Below are positions 9,018 to 18,821 of a DNA stretch of 50,680 bases, in pieces. Under the pieces are notes generated by a model. The model was not told the DNA's origin, made no database searches, and saw only the letters and a program-made list of their open reading frames with translations. The stretch comes from Candidatus Magasanikiibacteriota bacterium (GTDB lineage Bacteria > Patescibacteriota > Patescibacteriia > Magasanikbacterales > GWA2-37-8), in the NCBI GenBank assembly GCA_046590235.1, contig JBKJTY010000011.1:1-50680 (forward strand), read 5' to 3'. Both the position numbers and the translations under genes were made by a program. Within the stretch, counting starts at the first letter, position 1; the number at the start of each line of letters is the position of its first letter.

Positions 9018-9027
9018 GAAGTTGTGG

Positions 9028-9085
9028 CACATGGCCCTCGTTATGGCTACAAGTAATTATAGCTATAACGAGTAGGGGCCATGTG
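9028..9085 (-). other. Long bulged stem-loop in 3' UTR
   Basis: CACATGGCC-[CCTA]-CTCGTTATAGCTA-loop-TAGCCATAACGAG-GGCCATGTG on the minus strand. Confidence 0.65.
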
Positions 9086-9120
9086 TGAGCGCCCCGTCGT
9101 CCCGGTTGGGGAAGGGGTAG

Positions 9121-9645
9121 TTATGGAACGATGCCGCTACCTTGCCTTTTTGACAGGGTATCAATCGCCTTGTCGATGTTCTTGTCGAGCAGGTTCAGCT
9201 CTTTCTGTGTGAGCGGTCGATTGCCTGTGTCGTCGTTGCTTGGAACAAGCTGCTTTAGTTTTTGAATCTCAGCTTGTGCGGCCAGAAGGGCTTCTTCAGC
9301 CGCTTTCTTCTCCTCCGCCAACTTGTCGAAGCTCTTGAGAGTTTCCTTGAACGACTTTGACGTCTCGGCGATCGAATCGGCCATTCGGACCATTCGTTCG
9401 TCAGTCATCTTTGAGTTGACCAGCCCCAGTCGGTCGGAGCTCTCTTCGCACTGCTTGTGGAGATCCCTCGCGTTGTGGATGTCTTGGATCATATCATGTT
9501 TGGATCCGAGGGGGTTTGACGTCAGGTCGACGTGCAGACCCATGAACACGAGCGCCATTTGGCACGAATCGGCGCTGAGATCCTTCTTGGGGTTGTTGCA
9601 GCCGAGCACGAACAGGGAAGCGAGCAGAACGATGGAAAGGCGCAT
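9121..9645 (-). CDS. Hypothetical lipoprotein with coiled coil
   Basis: MRLSIVLLASLFVLGC lipobox; SD AGAAAGGA; GC-rich. Confidence 0.7.
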   Translation of the reverse strand: MRLSIVLLASLFVLGCNNPKKDLSADSCQMALVFMGLHVDLTSNPLGSKHDMIQDIHNARDLHKQCEESSDRLGLVNSKMTDERMVRMADSIAETSKSFKETLKSFDKLAEEKKAAEEALLAAQAEIQKLKQLVPSNDDTGNRPLTQKELNLLDKNIDKAIDTLSKRQGSGIVP

Positions 9646-9724
9646 TAGCCAATCCTTTCTGGCGGGGTTGCCGCCTGTGGTCGTACAGGGCTTGTACGTT
9701 GTTGATCGGTAGGATCAACACATG

Positions 9725-9753
9725 AGTGTACTTAAAAACTAGCTTTTTGTCAA
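9725..9753 (-). promoter_or_regulatory. Sigma70-type promoter
   Basis: TTGACA-17 nt-TACACT on the minus strand. Confidence 0.7.
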
Positions 9754-9823
9754 GGCTTGTTAACCCCTGTTCAAATCAGCATTTTTCCTCTATACTAAAG
9801 CCATATACACTATTCTTTAACGT

Positions 9824-10858
9824 ATGCTTAGCACAAAACAATATTTCGCGGAGGCAATCAAAAAAGAGGCTTCAGACGTACATTTGGTAGGTGATGAACT
9901 TCCAATGCTTCGTGTGGAAGGTGAGTTGGTTGTACTTGATGAGAAACCGCTTAAAAATAAAGAGCTGGAGACAGCTATTTTTGGATTGTTAAGTAAAGAG
10001 CAGATACAAAAATACCAAGAAGAATTAGAGCTTGATTTTGGCTACGAGCAAGACGGTGCTCGTTTCCGTATTAATTTGCATCAAGAACAAGAAAGAATCG
10101 GCATGACCGCGCGTCTTATTCCGCAAACTATCCCAACACCGGAAGATTTACGTTTTGAACCAGCCTTAAAAGATTTCACCAATCTTCTCGATGGTTTGGT
10201 TTTGATTACTGGTCCAACAGGCAGTGGTAAATCAACTACGATTGCTTCGATGATTGAAGAAATTAACAAGACCAGAAAATCACATATCGTAACTGTTGAA
10301 GATCCGATTGAGTTTGTTTTTGAAGATAAAAAATGTTTAATTGAACAACGAGAAGTAGGAACTGATACAAAATCATTTGCCAACGCACTTAAATATGTTT
10401 TGCGTCAGGATCCAAATATTATCTATGTAGGTGAAATGCGCGACCCCGAAACCATCGCAACAGTTTTGACCGCTGCAGAAACAGGTCATTTGGTTTTCTC
10501 CACTTTGCATACCTCCAGTGCAGCAGAAGCGATCGAACGTATCGTGGATGTCTTTGAGGGTTCAAAACAAAAACAAATTTTGATCCAGCTCTCTAGTGTT
10601 TTACGTGGTGTAGTGGCTCAGCAGTTGATCCCATCAAAAGATGGTGGTCGCGTGCCAGCACGTGAAATTCTCATTAACACATCTGGGGTTGCGAACTTGA
10701 TACGTGAAAATTCCTCTAGCCAAATGAAGTCTGCTATTCAGACTGGCGGAAAAGACGGTATGGTCTCTATGGAAAACTCTATTAAACAATTACTCAAAGA
10801 AGGATGGATTACTGAGGAACAAGCCTCTAATCGAACGGGACGGGCTAAAAAGGCCTAA
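9824..10858 (+). CDS. pilT: Type IV pilus retraction ATPase PilT/PilU family
   Basis: GPTGSGKST, TVEDPIEF, LRQDPNIIYVGEMRD, AETGHLVFSTLHT, ANLIRE. Confidence 0.88.
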   Translation: MLSTKQYFAEAIKKEASDVHLVGDELPMLRVEGELVVLDEKPLKNKELETAIFGLLSKEQIQKYQEELELDFGYEQDGARFRINLHQEQERIGMTARLIPQTIPTPEDLRFEPALKDFTNLLDGLVLITGPTGSGKSTTIASMIEEINKTRKSHIVTVEDPIEFVFEDKKCLIEQREVGTDTKSFANALKYVLRQDPNIIYVGEMRDPETIATVLTAAETGHLVFSTLHTSSAAEAIERIVDVFEGSKQKQILIQLSSVLRGVVAQQLIPSKDGGRVPAREILINTSGVANLIRENSSSQMKSAIQTGGKDGMVSMENSIKQLLKEGWITEEQASNRTGRAKKA

Positions 10859-10865
10859 TCAATTT

Positions 10866-12350
10866 ATGAACAATCTTCCGAATCTATTTACGGTCATTAA
10901 AGATGTAAGTGAAAAAATGGACGCGCCTATCTATGTAGTTGGCGGATATGTCCGTGATGTTTTACTTAAAAAAGAATTAAAAAAAGACATTGATTTTGTT
11001 GTCGTTGGCAGCGGCCTAGTTTTTGCGAAGGCGCTCGATGAGGCGCTGAATAAAGAGGGGAGACTCATTGAGTTTCCAGATTTTGATACTGCGCGTTATT
11101 TGATATCACTCAATGATATTGCAGTGGGAGACGAGGGTGCGGAAGTGCTTGAGCTTGAATTCGCCGGTGCACGATCTGAAACCTACGATGAAAAATCACG
11201 CAAACCAAAAGTTAGTTCCGCGACACTTGAACAAGATTTATCTCGTCGTGATTTCACCGTAAACGCCATGGCAGTGCCGGTGGAAGTATTCGCAAAGAAA
11301 AAAGCTCCAGCTCTCACAACTGTAGTTAAAAATATTATTGATCCTTTTAACGGCCAAAAAGATTTGGCTGATTTAATTATCCGTACACCCCTTGATCCAA
11401 ACATCACCTTTAGTGATGATCCGCTCCGCATGCTCCGCGCGGTCCGTTTTGCTGCCAAACTAAACGCTTCTATTGAGCCAAAAACACTTCAAGCGATTCA
11501 TGACAACCGTGAACGCATGAAGATTATTTCAGCGGAACGCACCCAAGAAGAACTCTTCAAATTACTTGGTACTAAGATGCCGTCCATTGGTCTCGCACTG
11601 ATGTTTCAGACGCACTTACTCGATGTAGTTTTGCCGGAAGTCTCAAATCTTGATGGTGTTGAAGAAATTTTTGGGCACCAACATAAAAATAATTTAACCC
11701 ACTCCTTTAAAGTCGTTGATAACGTGGCAGAGCAGTCAAATAAAGTCTGGCTTCGTTTGGCAGGCCTTTTACACGATATTGGTAAGCCAGGGACAAAACA
11801 GTTTGTGGAAAAAATTGGTTGGACTTTCCATGGACATGAACATCTTGGTAAAAAAATGCTATACGCGATTGCTAAACGACTAAAGTTCTCAAAAGATTTA
11901 ACTGATTACTTAGCTAAATTAATTCGCTGGCATCTGCAGCCGATCGCCCTAATGGATGATGGGATTACAGATTCTGCCGTTCGCCGTCTCATCGTAGCTC
12001 TTGGGATTGAAATCAACGATCTGCTTATTTTAGGACGTAGCGATATCACGACAGGTAATCCTTATAAAAAAGAAAAACGTCTCAAGAATTACGACTACCT
12101 AGAAAAACGCGTTGCAGAGGTAATTGAAACAGATAAAATGTTAGCCTTCCAGTCTCCGGTACGTGGTGAAGAAATTATGGAATTGTGCAAGTTAAAACCA
12201 GGTCCAACAGTTGGTAAAATTAAAACTGCCATTGAAGAAGCGATTTTGGATGGTATTATTCCGAATGAGTACGAACCGGCAAGAGCTTATTTCGAAAAGA
12301 TAAAAGATTCCTATCTTGAAAAAGCAGCGGATTGGGAAAGACTTAGCTAG
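10866..12350 (+). CDS. cca: CCA tRNA nucleotidyltransferase with HD domain
   Basis: VGGYVRD, DIDFVV, RRDFTVNAMA, DDPLRMLRAVRF, LLHDIGKP. Confidence 0.9.
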   Translation: MNNLPNLFTVIKDVSEKMDAPIYVVGGYVRDVLLKKELKKDIDFVVVGSGLVFAKALDEALNKEGRLIEFPDFDTARYLISLNDIAVGDEGAEVLELEFAGARSETYDEKSRKPKVSSATLEQDLSRRDFTVNAMAVPVEVFAKKKAPALTTVVKNIIDPFNGQKDLADLIIRTPLDPNITFSDDPLRMLRAVRFAAKLNASIEPKTLQAIHDNRERMKIISAERTQEELFKLLGTKMPSIGLALMFQTHLLDVVLPEVSNLDGVEEIFGHQHKNNLTHSFKVVDNVAEQSNKVWLRLAGLLHDIGKPGTKQFVEKIGWTFHGHEHLGKKMLYAIAKRLKFSKDLTDYLAKLIRWHLQPIALMDDGITDSAVRRLIVALGIEINDLLILGRSDITTGNPYKKEKRLKNYDYLEKRVAEVIETDKMLAFQSPVRGEEIMELCKLKPGPTVGKIKTAIEEAILDGIIPNEYEPARAYFEKIKDSYLEKAADWERLS

Positions 12351-12351
12351 A

Positions 12352-12380
12352 TTGACAATACCATACATCATCATTATAAT
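12352..12380 (+). promoter_or_regulatory. Consensus sigma70 promoter of the exporter operon
   Basis: TTGACA-17 nt-TATAAT. Confidence 0.8.
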
Positions 12381-12410
12381 TGAACATTCCTGACTATTTA
12401 CATTATATAT

Positions 12411-13976
12411 ATGAAGAAAAAGATTATCATCAGTGCGATCGCCGTGCTGGTTGTCGGCGGAATTGGACTTAATAGTTATATAAAAGCTAATAAGCCCCCA
12501 GAATACGAAACAGTTACCGTTACTAAGGGTACTGTAAGACAAACGGTAGACGCCACGGGTAAGGTGCAATCAACTAACAATCTTAATTTACGATTTGAAG
12601 TTCCAGGTATCATTGCTACAGTAAATGTCCGTGAAGGTCAGGCAATTAAACGTGGGACAATCATTGCAAGCCTACGTCTGGCAGATCTCAATGCTTCTGT
12701 GGCGCAAGCTCAAGCAAACTTGAATCTTAAATTAGCTGGTGCGACCGAACAAGATAAATTATATTACAAAGCAGCGCTAGATTCAGCAAAAGCTTCTTTA
12801 GAGCAGGTTGAAAATGGTACAAGCTTAATTACAACACAAGCATACGAGAATTTGGTAACTACACTACAAGCTGGCAGTCCAAAACTCGACGATGCTTTAA
12901 CACAAGCTGATAACATTTTAGGTATTGATAACGCAGCTGCAAATGAAGGTTTTCGAACAATATTATCAAGTCTCGATTCTTCAAAAATTGGCCTGGCTAC
13001 CATTCGTTATCCAATTGCTAAGAATGACAATATAAATGTGCGCGTTAAAGCTGCTGCACTTACACCTCAATCAAATTTTGGTGATATTGATGCTGGCGCA
13101 ACCCTTGGATTAAAAGCCTTACAAAGTATGAATGAACTTTTGATTGCGGTATCAGATGTTTTGCGAGCTACTCCACCGCAAGGTTCGTTAACACAAGCTA
13201 CACTTGATGCAAAAAAATCCACAATCGAAACAACCAGAACTACCATTAACACGCAATATGCTGCCTTGCTTGGGAAAAAGCAAGCTATTGATTCTTCTAA
13301 AACGACTTTAGCCCAAAAGCAAGCAGCATACGATCAGGCGCTAGCGAATTATCAAAGTAAGATTCTTCCACCACGAGAAGTCGATGTTGCATCGTATCGC
13401 GCTGCTTTATCACAAGCTATTGCGAGTCGTAACAAAGCAATTATCATTGCCCCAATTGACGGTGTAGTTACTAAATTAAACAGCAAAATTGGCGAAACAG
13501 TTTCCGGCGCTGACACGATTGTTCAGCTTTTAGCTCCGCAGTATCAGATTGAAGTAGATATTCCTGAAACAGATGTGTCCAAAATAAAATTGGATGATTC
13601 CGTAGTGATCACATTAGATGCATTTGGTGATGACGTGAAATTAAGTGGCAAAGTAGTTGATATTGAACCAGGTGCAACTGAAGTACAGGATGTTGTTTAC
13701 TATAAAGTTACTGTTAGCTTGAATACTGATAACAAACCAGTAAAACCAGGTATGACAGCAAACATTGCCGTAAATACGGTAGAAAAAGAAAACACATTGG
13801 CTATTCCGCTCCGCACTGTCCGCACTCGCGAAGACGGTACGAAGTATGTTCGTATACTCGAAAATAACCAAGAAAAAGAAGTGACCGTAAAACTTGGCTT
13901 CAGAGCTGATGAAGGAAAGGTTGAAATTACAGAAGGTTTACAAGAAGGCCAGCAAGTTATTATCTCAGTTAAATAA
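12411..13976 (+). CDS. Periplasmic adaptor (MacA/HlyD-like) subunit
   Basis: N-terminal TM, long coiled coil, IAPIDGVV, VKPGMTA, VEITEGLQEGQQVI. Confidence 0.88.
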   Translation: MKKKIIISAIAVLVVGGIGLNSYIKANKPPEYETVTVTKGTVRQTVDATGKVQSTNNLNLRFEVPGIIATVNVREGQAIKRGTIIASLRLADLNASVAQAQANLNLKLAGATEQDKLYYKAALDSAKASLEQVENGTSLITTQAYENLVTTLQAGSPKLDDALTQADNILGIDNAAANEGFRTILSSLDSSKIGLATIRYPIAKNDNINVRVKAAALTPQSNFGDIDAGATLGLKALQSMNELLIAVSDVLRATPPQGSLTQATLDAKKSTIETTRTTINTQYAALLGKKQAIDSSKTTLAQKQAAYDQALANYQSKILPPREVDVASYRAALSQAIASRNKAIIIAPIDGVVTKLNSKIGETVSGADTIVQLLAPQYQIEVDIPETDVSKIKLDDSVVITLDAFGDDVKLSGKVVDIEPGATEVQDVVYYKVTVSLNTDNKPVKPGMTANIAVNTVEKENTLAIPLRTVRTREDGTKYVRILENNQEKEVTVKLGFRADEGKVEITEGLQEGQQVIISVK

Positions 13977-13987
13977 GCTGCGTTTTT

Positions 13988-14710
13988 ATGTCGCTTGTCA
14001 CGCTTACGAACGTAATGAAAGAGTATAAAAATGAGGAGATAGTTACTTCCGTTTTGGGTGGTGTTTCTTTTACGATTGAAAAAGGGGATTTCATTTCCAT
14101 CATGGGTCCATCAGGTTCTGGTAAATCAACCTTGATGCACATACTCGGTTTCCTTGATACGCTCACCACGGGAAAATATATTTTTGAAGGCCGTGATGTT
14201 AGTGGTTTGACGGATGACCAGCTTGCGTTAATGCGTGGCAATAAAGTAGGGTTCGTCTTTCAGGCGTTCAACCTCTTGCCGCGTATGAGCGCACTTGAAA
14301 ATGTTATGCTGCCACTCATGTACAGCACTATGCCAAAAGCAGAACGCCAAACGCGCGCTAAAGACCTTTTGGTATCTGTCGGTCTAAGTCATCGTTTAGG
14401 TCATACTCCTAACCAATTATCCGGCGGTGAAAAACAACGTGTCGCCATTGCACGTGCCCTGGTAAATAATCCGGAAGTTATTTTTGCCGATGAACCGACT
14501 GGTAACCTTGATTCTAAATCAGGCTTGCAGGTTATGAAAATTCTACAAAAGTTAAATGATGAAGGTCATACTATTATCCTCGTTACACACGAACGTTACA
14601 CTGCTGAACACGCCAAACGCATTCTTTCCATACGCGATGGTTTAATCACTAAAGACGAAGTGATCACTAATCGTCAGATTGCGGCTGCAAAAGAAGAGCT
14701 GACAAAATAA
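13988..14710 (+). CDS. ABC transporter ATP-binding protein (MacB/LolD-like)
   Basis: [38 protein letters not shown]. Confidence 0.93.
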   Translation: MSLVTLTNVMKEYKNEEIVTSVLGGVSFTIEKGDFISIMGPSGSGKSTLMHILGFLDTLTTGKYIFEGRDVSGLTDDQLALMRGNKVGFVFQAFNLLPRMSALENVMLPLMYSTMPKAERQTRAKDLLVSVGLSHRLGHTPNQLSGGEKQRVAIARALVNNPEVIFADEPTGNLDSKSGLQVMKILQKLNDEGHTIILVTHERYTAEHAKRILSIRDGLITKDEVITNRQIAAAKEELTK

Positions 14711-14713
14711 GCT

Positions 14714-15952
14714 ATGCAAATTATTGAAAATATTCAGCAAGCCTGGAATATTTTAGTTCGCAATAAAGTGCGGTCCTTTTTGACGATGCTCGGTATTATT
14801 ATTGGTGTTATGTCGGTCGTGGTTATCATGTCTGTTGGTGCCGGCGCGCAGGGGTTGGTTTTGAACCAGGTGAAAAGCTTGGGGTCTAACCTAGTTGGTA
14901 TTTTGCCGGGCAAGTCTGATGATAACGGACCACCTGCGGCAGTGTTTGGTATTGTGGTAACTACCTTAACGGATGATGATGCTAGCGAAATGTTAAAAAG
15001 TGGTTTTGATCATGTCGTGTCTGTCAGTTCGTATGTCCGTGGCGCGAGCACGATGTCCGCCAATGACACAGAAACCGATTCAAGCTATGTCGGTGTCTCC
15101 GCCAGTTATCCAGAAGTTGAAGATGTATCTCTGCTCGATGGTCGTTTTTTTGATGAAGAAGAAAATCGGGGGATCGCTAAAGTCGCGGTGCTTGGCTACG
15201 GTGTAGCTAAAGATTTATTCGGCGACGAGAGTCCGCTCGGTAAAGAAATTAAAATTAAACGAACGCCGTTTCGTATTATCGGCGTTGTTACCGAACGTGG
15301 GGTCAGCGGTTTTCAAAACCAGGATGACCAGGTCTTTGTTCCGGTCAGCACCGCTCAGAAATTATTGCTCGGTATTAATTATGTTAATTTTATCCGCGTA
15401 AAAATCGACGAAGCCCAGAATGTTGACCCAACCGTTGAGCAGATAAAAGACTATTTGCGCGTCCGCCACGATATTGATACACAGGAAAATGATGACTTTT
15501 CAGTCCGCTCCAGTAACCAGGGTCTGGAAGCGCTCACGTCGATCACCGATGCCTTAAAATTCTTCCTCGCAGCCATCGCGGCAATTTCTTTGCTGGTTGG
15601 CGGTATCGGTATTATGAATATCATGCTTGCGGCTGTGGAAGAGCGAACAAAAGAAATTGGTTTACGCAAAGCTGTTGGCGCTACCAACGCTAATATCATT
15701 ATCCAATTTTTAATTGAGACTGTAACGATTACCCTGCTTGGTGGCGTTATAGGGATTGTGCTCGGATCAATTATTTCCGTGGTCGTCGCTGTGGTGGCGC
15801 GTAGCCAGGGCTATACATGGGATTTGGTTATTACGCCAGGATCAATTATTCTTGGTTGTTCCGTCTCTATTGCTATTGGCTTACTCTTCGGCATCACACC
15901 AGCGCGCCATGCCAGCCGTTTAAGTCCTATTGAAGCGCTTCGTTATGAATAA
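14714..15952 (+). CDS. ABC transporter permease (MacB-like)
   Basis: RSFLTMLGIIIG, VGGIGIMNIML, ERTKEIGLRKAVGA, LSPIEALRYE. Confidence 0.92.
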   Translation: MQIIENIQQAWNILVRNKVRSFLTMLGIIIGVMSVVVIMSVGAGAQGLVLNQVKSLGSNLVGILPGKSDDNGPPAAVFGIVVTTLTDDDASEMLKSGFDHVVSVSSYVRGASTMSANDTETDSSYVGVSASYPEVEDVSLLDGRFFDEEENRGIAKVAVLGYGVAKDLFGDESPLGKEIKIKRTPFRIIGVVTERGVSGFQNQDDQVFVPVSTAQKLLLGINYVNFIRVKIDEAQNVDPTVEQIKDYLRVRHDIDTQENDDFSVRSSNQGLEALTSITDALKFFLAAIAAISLLVGGIGIMNIMLAAVEERTKEIGLRKAVGATNANIIIQFLIETVTITLLGGVIGIVLGSIISVVVAVVARSQGYTWDLVITPGSIILGCSVSIAIGLLFGITPARHASRLSPIEALRYE

Positions 15953-17198
15953 ATTTAAAGCGTTATTACTCTCCAGTATTGAACTCGCCTATGGTGCTTT
16001 GTTGCGCCAGCGTTCCCGCACTATCTTAACCATGCTCGCAATTGCTATCGGTGTTGGCGCGGTCGTTACCATCAACGCTGCTGGTGTCGGTGTGCAGAAA
16101 TTCGTGCTTGGCCAGTTAGATGTTTTTGGCGCGGATACATTTTATATAGAAACACGCGTACCAACTTCTAAGCGAAACGGTGGTGGAACAGGAGATGTTG
16201 GTATCACCATCACCAGCATGAAACAAAAAGATGTCGATGCGATGATGAAACACCCAAACGTCATGGCAGCCTTTGGCGCTGTGAATGGACAGGAAGCAGT
16301 GAGTTATCAGGGGCAAATTAAAAAAATTATGTTAATGGGCCGCGGCGCGGCTTTGCCTGAGGTGGAAAAAGCAGCTATTGCCGCCGGCCGTTTTTATACG
16401 CAGGATGAAGAAGATTCATTATCAAACGTAGTTGTTTTGGGTTCTAAAGCAAAAGAAAAATTATTTGGCGATGACAACGCGCTGGAAAAAAATATTTATA
16501 TCAAAGGAAAAACTTTCCGGGTCGTTGGTGTCATGGCCGAGCGCGGTTCGGCTTTTTTCCTGGATATGGACAACGTCTTGTTTTTGCCGACAAAAACCAT
16601 GCAGAAGAAATTGCTCGGTATTGATTACTTTCAGTCTATTCAAGGTAAGTTTATTGATGGCAGCAAATCCGAAACTACTGCCGAAGATATTCGAGAAATA
16701 CTCCGTGAAAATCGCGGTACAACTAATCCAGAAAAAGATGATTTCCAGGTTAATACTACAGCTGACGCGCAGGAAACCCTCACAACTATTACAGGTGGTT
16801 TAACACTACTTCTTATCGCGCTCGTCTGCATTTCTCTGATTGTCGGGGGCGTGGGTATCATGAATATTATGTACGTGTCTGTTGCGGAGCGCACGTTTGA
16901 AATCGGTTTACGTAAATCACTCGGGGCCACCAAGCAGGCCATTCTCTGGCAATTTTTAGCTGAAGCAGTTTTGATTACGATCGGCGGTGGTATCGTCGGT
17001 ATTATCGGTGGCGCGCTGATGGCATTCCTCATCTATGTGACGGCAACATCTTTTGGTTTTAAGTGGATTTACTCGATTACCTTTGGGTCAATTTTCCTCT
17101 CGGTTGGTTTTTCAGCCACTATTGGTTTTATCTTCGGTTTGTATCCGGCGCGACAAGCCTCCAACCTGAATCCGATCGATGCGCTTCGAAAAGAATAA
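15945..17198 (+). CDS. Second ABC transporter permease (MacB-like)
   Basis: RTILTMLAIAIG, VGGVGIMNIMY, ERTFEIGLRKSLGA, LNPIDALRKE; ATG at 15945 overlaps the previous stop. Confidence 0.9.
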   Translation: MNKFKALLLSSIELAYGALLRQRSRTILTMLAIAIGVGAVVTINAAGVGVQKFVLGQLDVFGADTFYIETRVPTSKRNGGGTGDVGITITSMKQKDVDAMMKHPNVMAAFGAVNGQEAVSYQGQIKKIMLMGRGAALPEVEKAAIAAGRFYTQDEEDSLSNVVVLGSKAKEKLFGDDNALEKNIYIKGKTFRVVGVMAERGSAFFLDMDNVLFLPTKTMQKKLLGIDYFQSIQGKFIDGSKSETTAEDIREILRENRGTTNPEKDDFQVNTTADAQETLTTITGGLTLLLIALVCISLIVGGVGIMNIMYVSVAERTFEIGLRKSLGATKQAILWQFLAEAVLITIGGGIVGIIGGALMAFLIYVTATSFGFKWIYSITFGSIFLSVGFSATIGFIFGLYPARQASNLNPIDALRKE

Positions 17199-17199
17199 C

Positions 17200-17229
17200 A
17201 AAAAAGAGACTCATCTGAGTCTCTTTTTT
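17200..17229. terminator. Bidirectional intrinsic terminator
   Basis: aaaaaagagactca-tc-tgagtctctttttt. Confidence 0.82.
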
Positions 17230-17321
17230 AAACTGCTGGCCTCGTGATACTAAGGACAATAGTTTGAGGGTCGGGCGCGTCAGTCGTGGTGACTGACGCG
17301 CCCTTCCGGTTGAAAGATCAA

Positions 17322-17606
17322 TTACATGATCGGGAGGGTCGGCCTGCGACGCTCTGACTCGGGCACAGGTCCTGCGATGGGGCCTCTGGCGAGTCGGTCG
17401 AGCCGATGGTATTCGTAGTGCCTGTTGACCACGACGACGACCTTCACGACAGCGAGGATCACACCAACGGACCAGAGTCCGATGTTCATGACATCTGGCC
17501 GAACGGAAAAGATCCAGTGCAGGAAAATATCCACCAGGAACGTCAGAATAATTCCCCAGACGATCCAGAACGCGGTGGGCTTACCAAACGCCTTGTTGGT
17601 ACGCAT
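17322..17606 (-). CDS. Small hypothetical membrane protein (2 TM)
   Basis: GC-rich 94-aa ORF, purine-rich RBS, 13-bp perfect hairpin downstream (17273-17303). Confidence 0.6.
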   Translation of the reverse strand: MRTNKAFGKPTAFWIVWGIILTFLVDIFLHWIFSVRPDVMNIGLWSVGVILAVVKVVVVVNRHYEYHRLDRLARGPIAGPVPESERRRPTLPIM

Positions 17607-17812
17607 GCGAACCTTCTTTCGGTCTCCGTCTGCCAGGCAAACGGGATGGAAGGGGGCGGTGAGGACTTACGCAGCGATGTCCACTGGACATCTTGGAGTA
17701 CACCCGGGTGGGTATATCCTTTAGCACCTCATGCCTTGTTTCAAGCCTATAGTATTAGCTTGCGCAAAATTTATACTATCTGAAATACAAACTTTATGCA
17801 AGTTAACGGATA

Positions 17813-17841
17813 AGTATAGCATAAAAACGGCCTTTTGTCAA
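17813..17841 (-). promoter_or_regulatory. Sigma70 promoter, giving a ~200-nt leader
   Basis: TTGACA-17 nt-TATACT with TG extension on the minus strand. Confidence 0.75.
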
Positions 17842-17878
17842 GGATAACTGAAGATTAGCTTAAATTAAGCTGAAAAAC

Positions 17879-17907
17879 AAAAAACCGCAGAAATATGCGG
17901 TTTTTTT
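17879..17907 (-). terminator. Intrinsic terminator of the HD1 unit
   Basis: aaaaaaccgca-gaaata-tgcggttttttt. Confidence 0.75.
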
Positions 17908-17912
17908 GCGAA

Positions 17913-17990
17913 TCATCGCCACCAGGCTGGTTACTAGGGTAGTAAACAACATGGTAGGTAAGCGACGATGTATTGTGCCCCCTTTCCACC
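17913..17990 (-). ncRNA. Candidate conserved structured 3'-UTR element (copy after HD1)
   Basis: Aligns with 18822-18897 and shows compensatory base changes. Confidence 0.6.
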
Positions 17991-18002
17991 GTACAATGAA
18001 CG

Positions 18003-18704
18003 TTACGCAGCGCGCTTCTCCTCAGGAACATTAGCATGGTTGGTCAGGAAATCAGTTGCCCAGGTATGCATCTCAGGTGTCCAGATCTCGTCGAAACCGG
18101 GGATTTTCTTGGCATAGTGCGCCATCTCGTCGATCTGCTTGCGAAGCACGTGGGTCAGGATGACCTCGTCTCCATGCACCACGAACGATTCTGAGGCGTA
18201 CTTGATGTAGTCGAGCCGTTCAAGCGCCGCAAAGATCAGAGCTTCATGCGAGTACTTCTCCTTCAGGGCGTTCATTACTACTCGTGCATCGTCCGGGAAA
18301 AGGTGATTGTCCCCCAGGCAGAACTGGAGAAGAAACGCTGCTTCGAGTCGTTCGCGAACGTCATCATCCAAATCCTGGATGCGTCGACGAAAGCCTAGAA
18401 ACTCTTGGACGTCGATCTCTTGCCGCTTGTTGATAAACGGCGTGTCGTGACCGATCTCGCCCTCACCAATGTCATGCAAGTGAATGCAGGACAGGATAAG
18501 CTCATTATCGAGCTTTGGAAAGTGCCACTGGAGCTTTGGCAAAGCGGTCATGGCAAGAAACATGAACGCGTACGTGTGCTCCAGGTTGGTCTGCCCGCGG
18601 AGTGCCTGGTTACGAGCCCGATGATTTCCCCAGCGGAAAACCTTGGTAAGACTCGTCTGAAAATGTGTCCAGACGCCGAGAAGGGCAAGGAACGATTTCG
18701 TCAT
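18003..18704 (-). CDS. YfbR-like HD-domain phosphohydrolase (HD1)
   Basis: LTKVFRW, QTNLEH, LHDIGEG..GHD, LERLD; SD AAAGGAG. Confidence 0.82.
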   Translation of the reverse strand: MTKSFLALLGVWTHFQTSLTKVFRWGNHRARNQALRGQTNLEHTYAFMFLAMTALPKLQWHFPKLDNELILSCIHLHDIGEGEIGHDTPFINKRQEIDVQEFLGFRRRIQDLDDDVRERLEAAFLLQFCLGDNHLFPDDARVVMNALKEKYSHEALIFAALERLDYIKYASESFVVHGDEVILTHVLRKQIDEMAHYAKKIPGFDEIWTPEMHTWATDFLTNHANVPEEKRAA

Positions 18705-18746
18705 GTTGTTCTCCTTTCGGGAGAGTGTGGGTGGGATTGCGTTAGC

Positions 18747-18775
18747 AGACTATCAGTTTACCGCTACTTTGACAA
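18747..18775 (-). promoter_or_regulatory. Promoter of HD1
   Basis: TTGTCA-17 nt-TAGTCT on the minus strand. Confidence 0.55.
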
Positions 18776-18784
18776 GTTAAAAAT

Positions 18785-18810
18785 AAAAACACGCCCAAAG
18801 GCGCATCTTT
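18785..18810 (-). terminator. Intrinsic terminator of the HD2 unit
   Basis: minus strand atgcgcc-ttt-gggcgtg-tttttattttt. Confidence 0.6.
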
Positions 18811-18821
18811 ATAATTGGCTT

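Noticed and set aside
12411-17198. MacAB-like exporter with two permeases as a novel system
   Set aside because: Split ATPase plus two permeases is a common arrangement.
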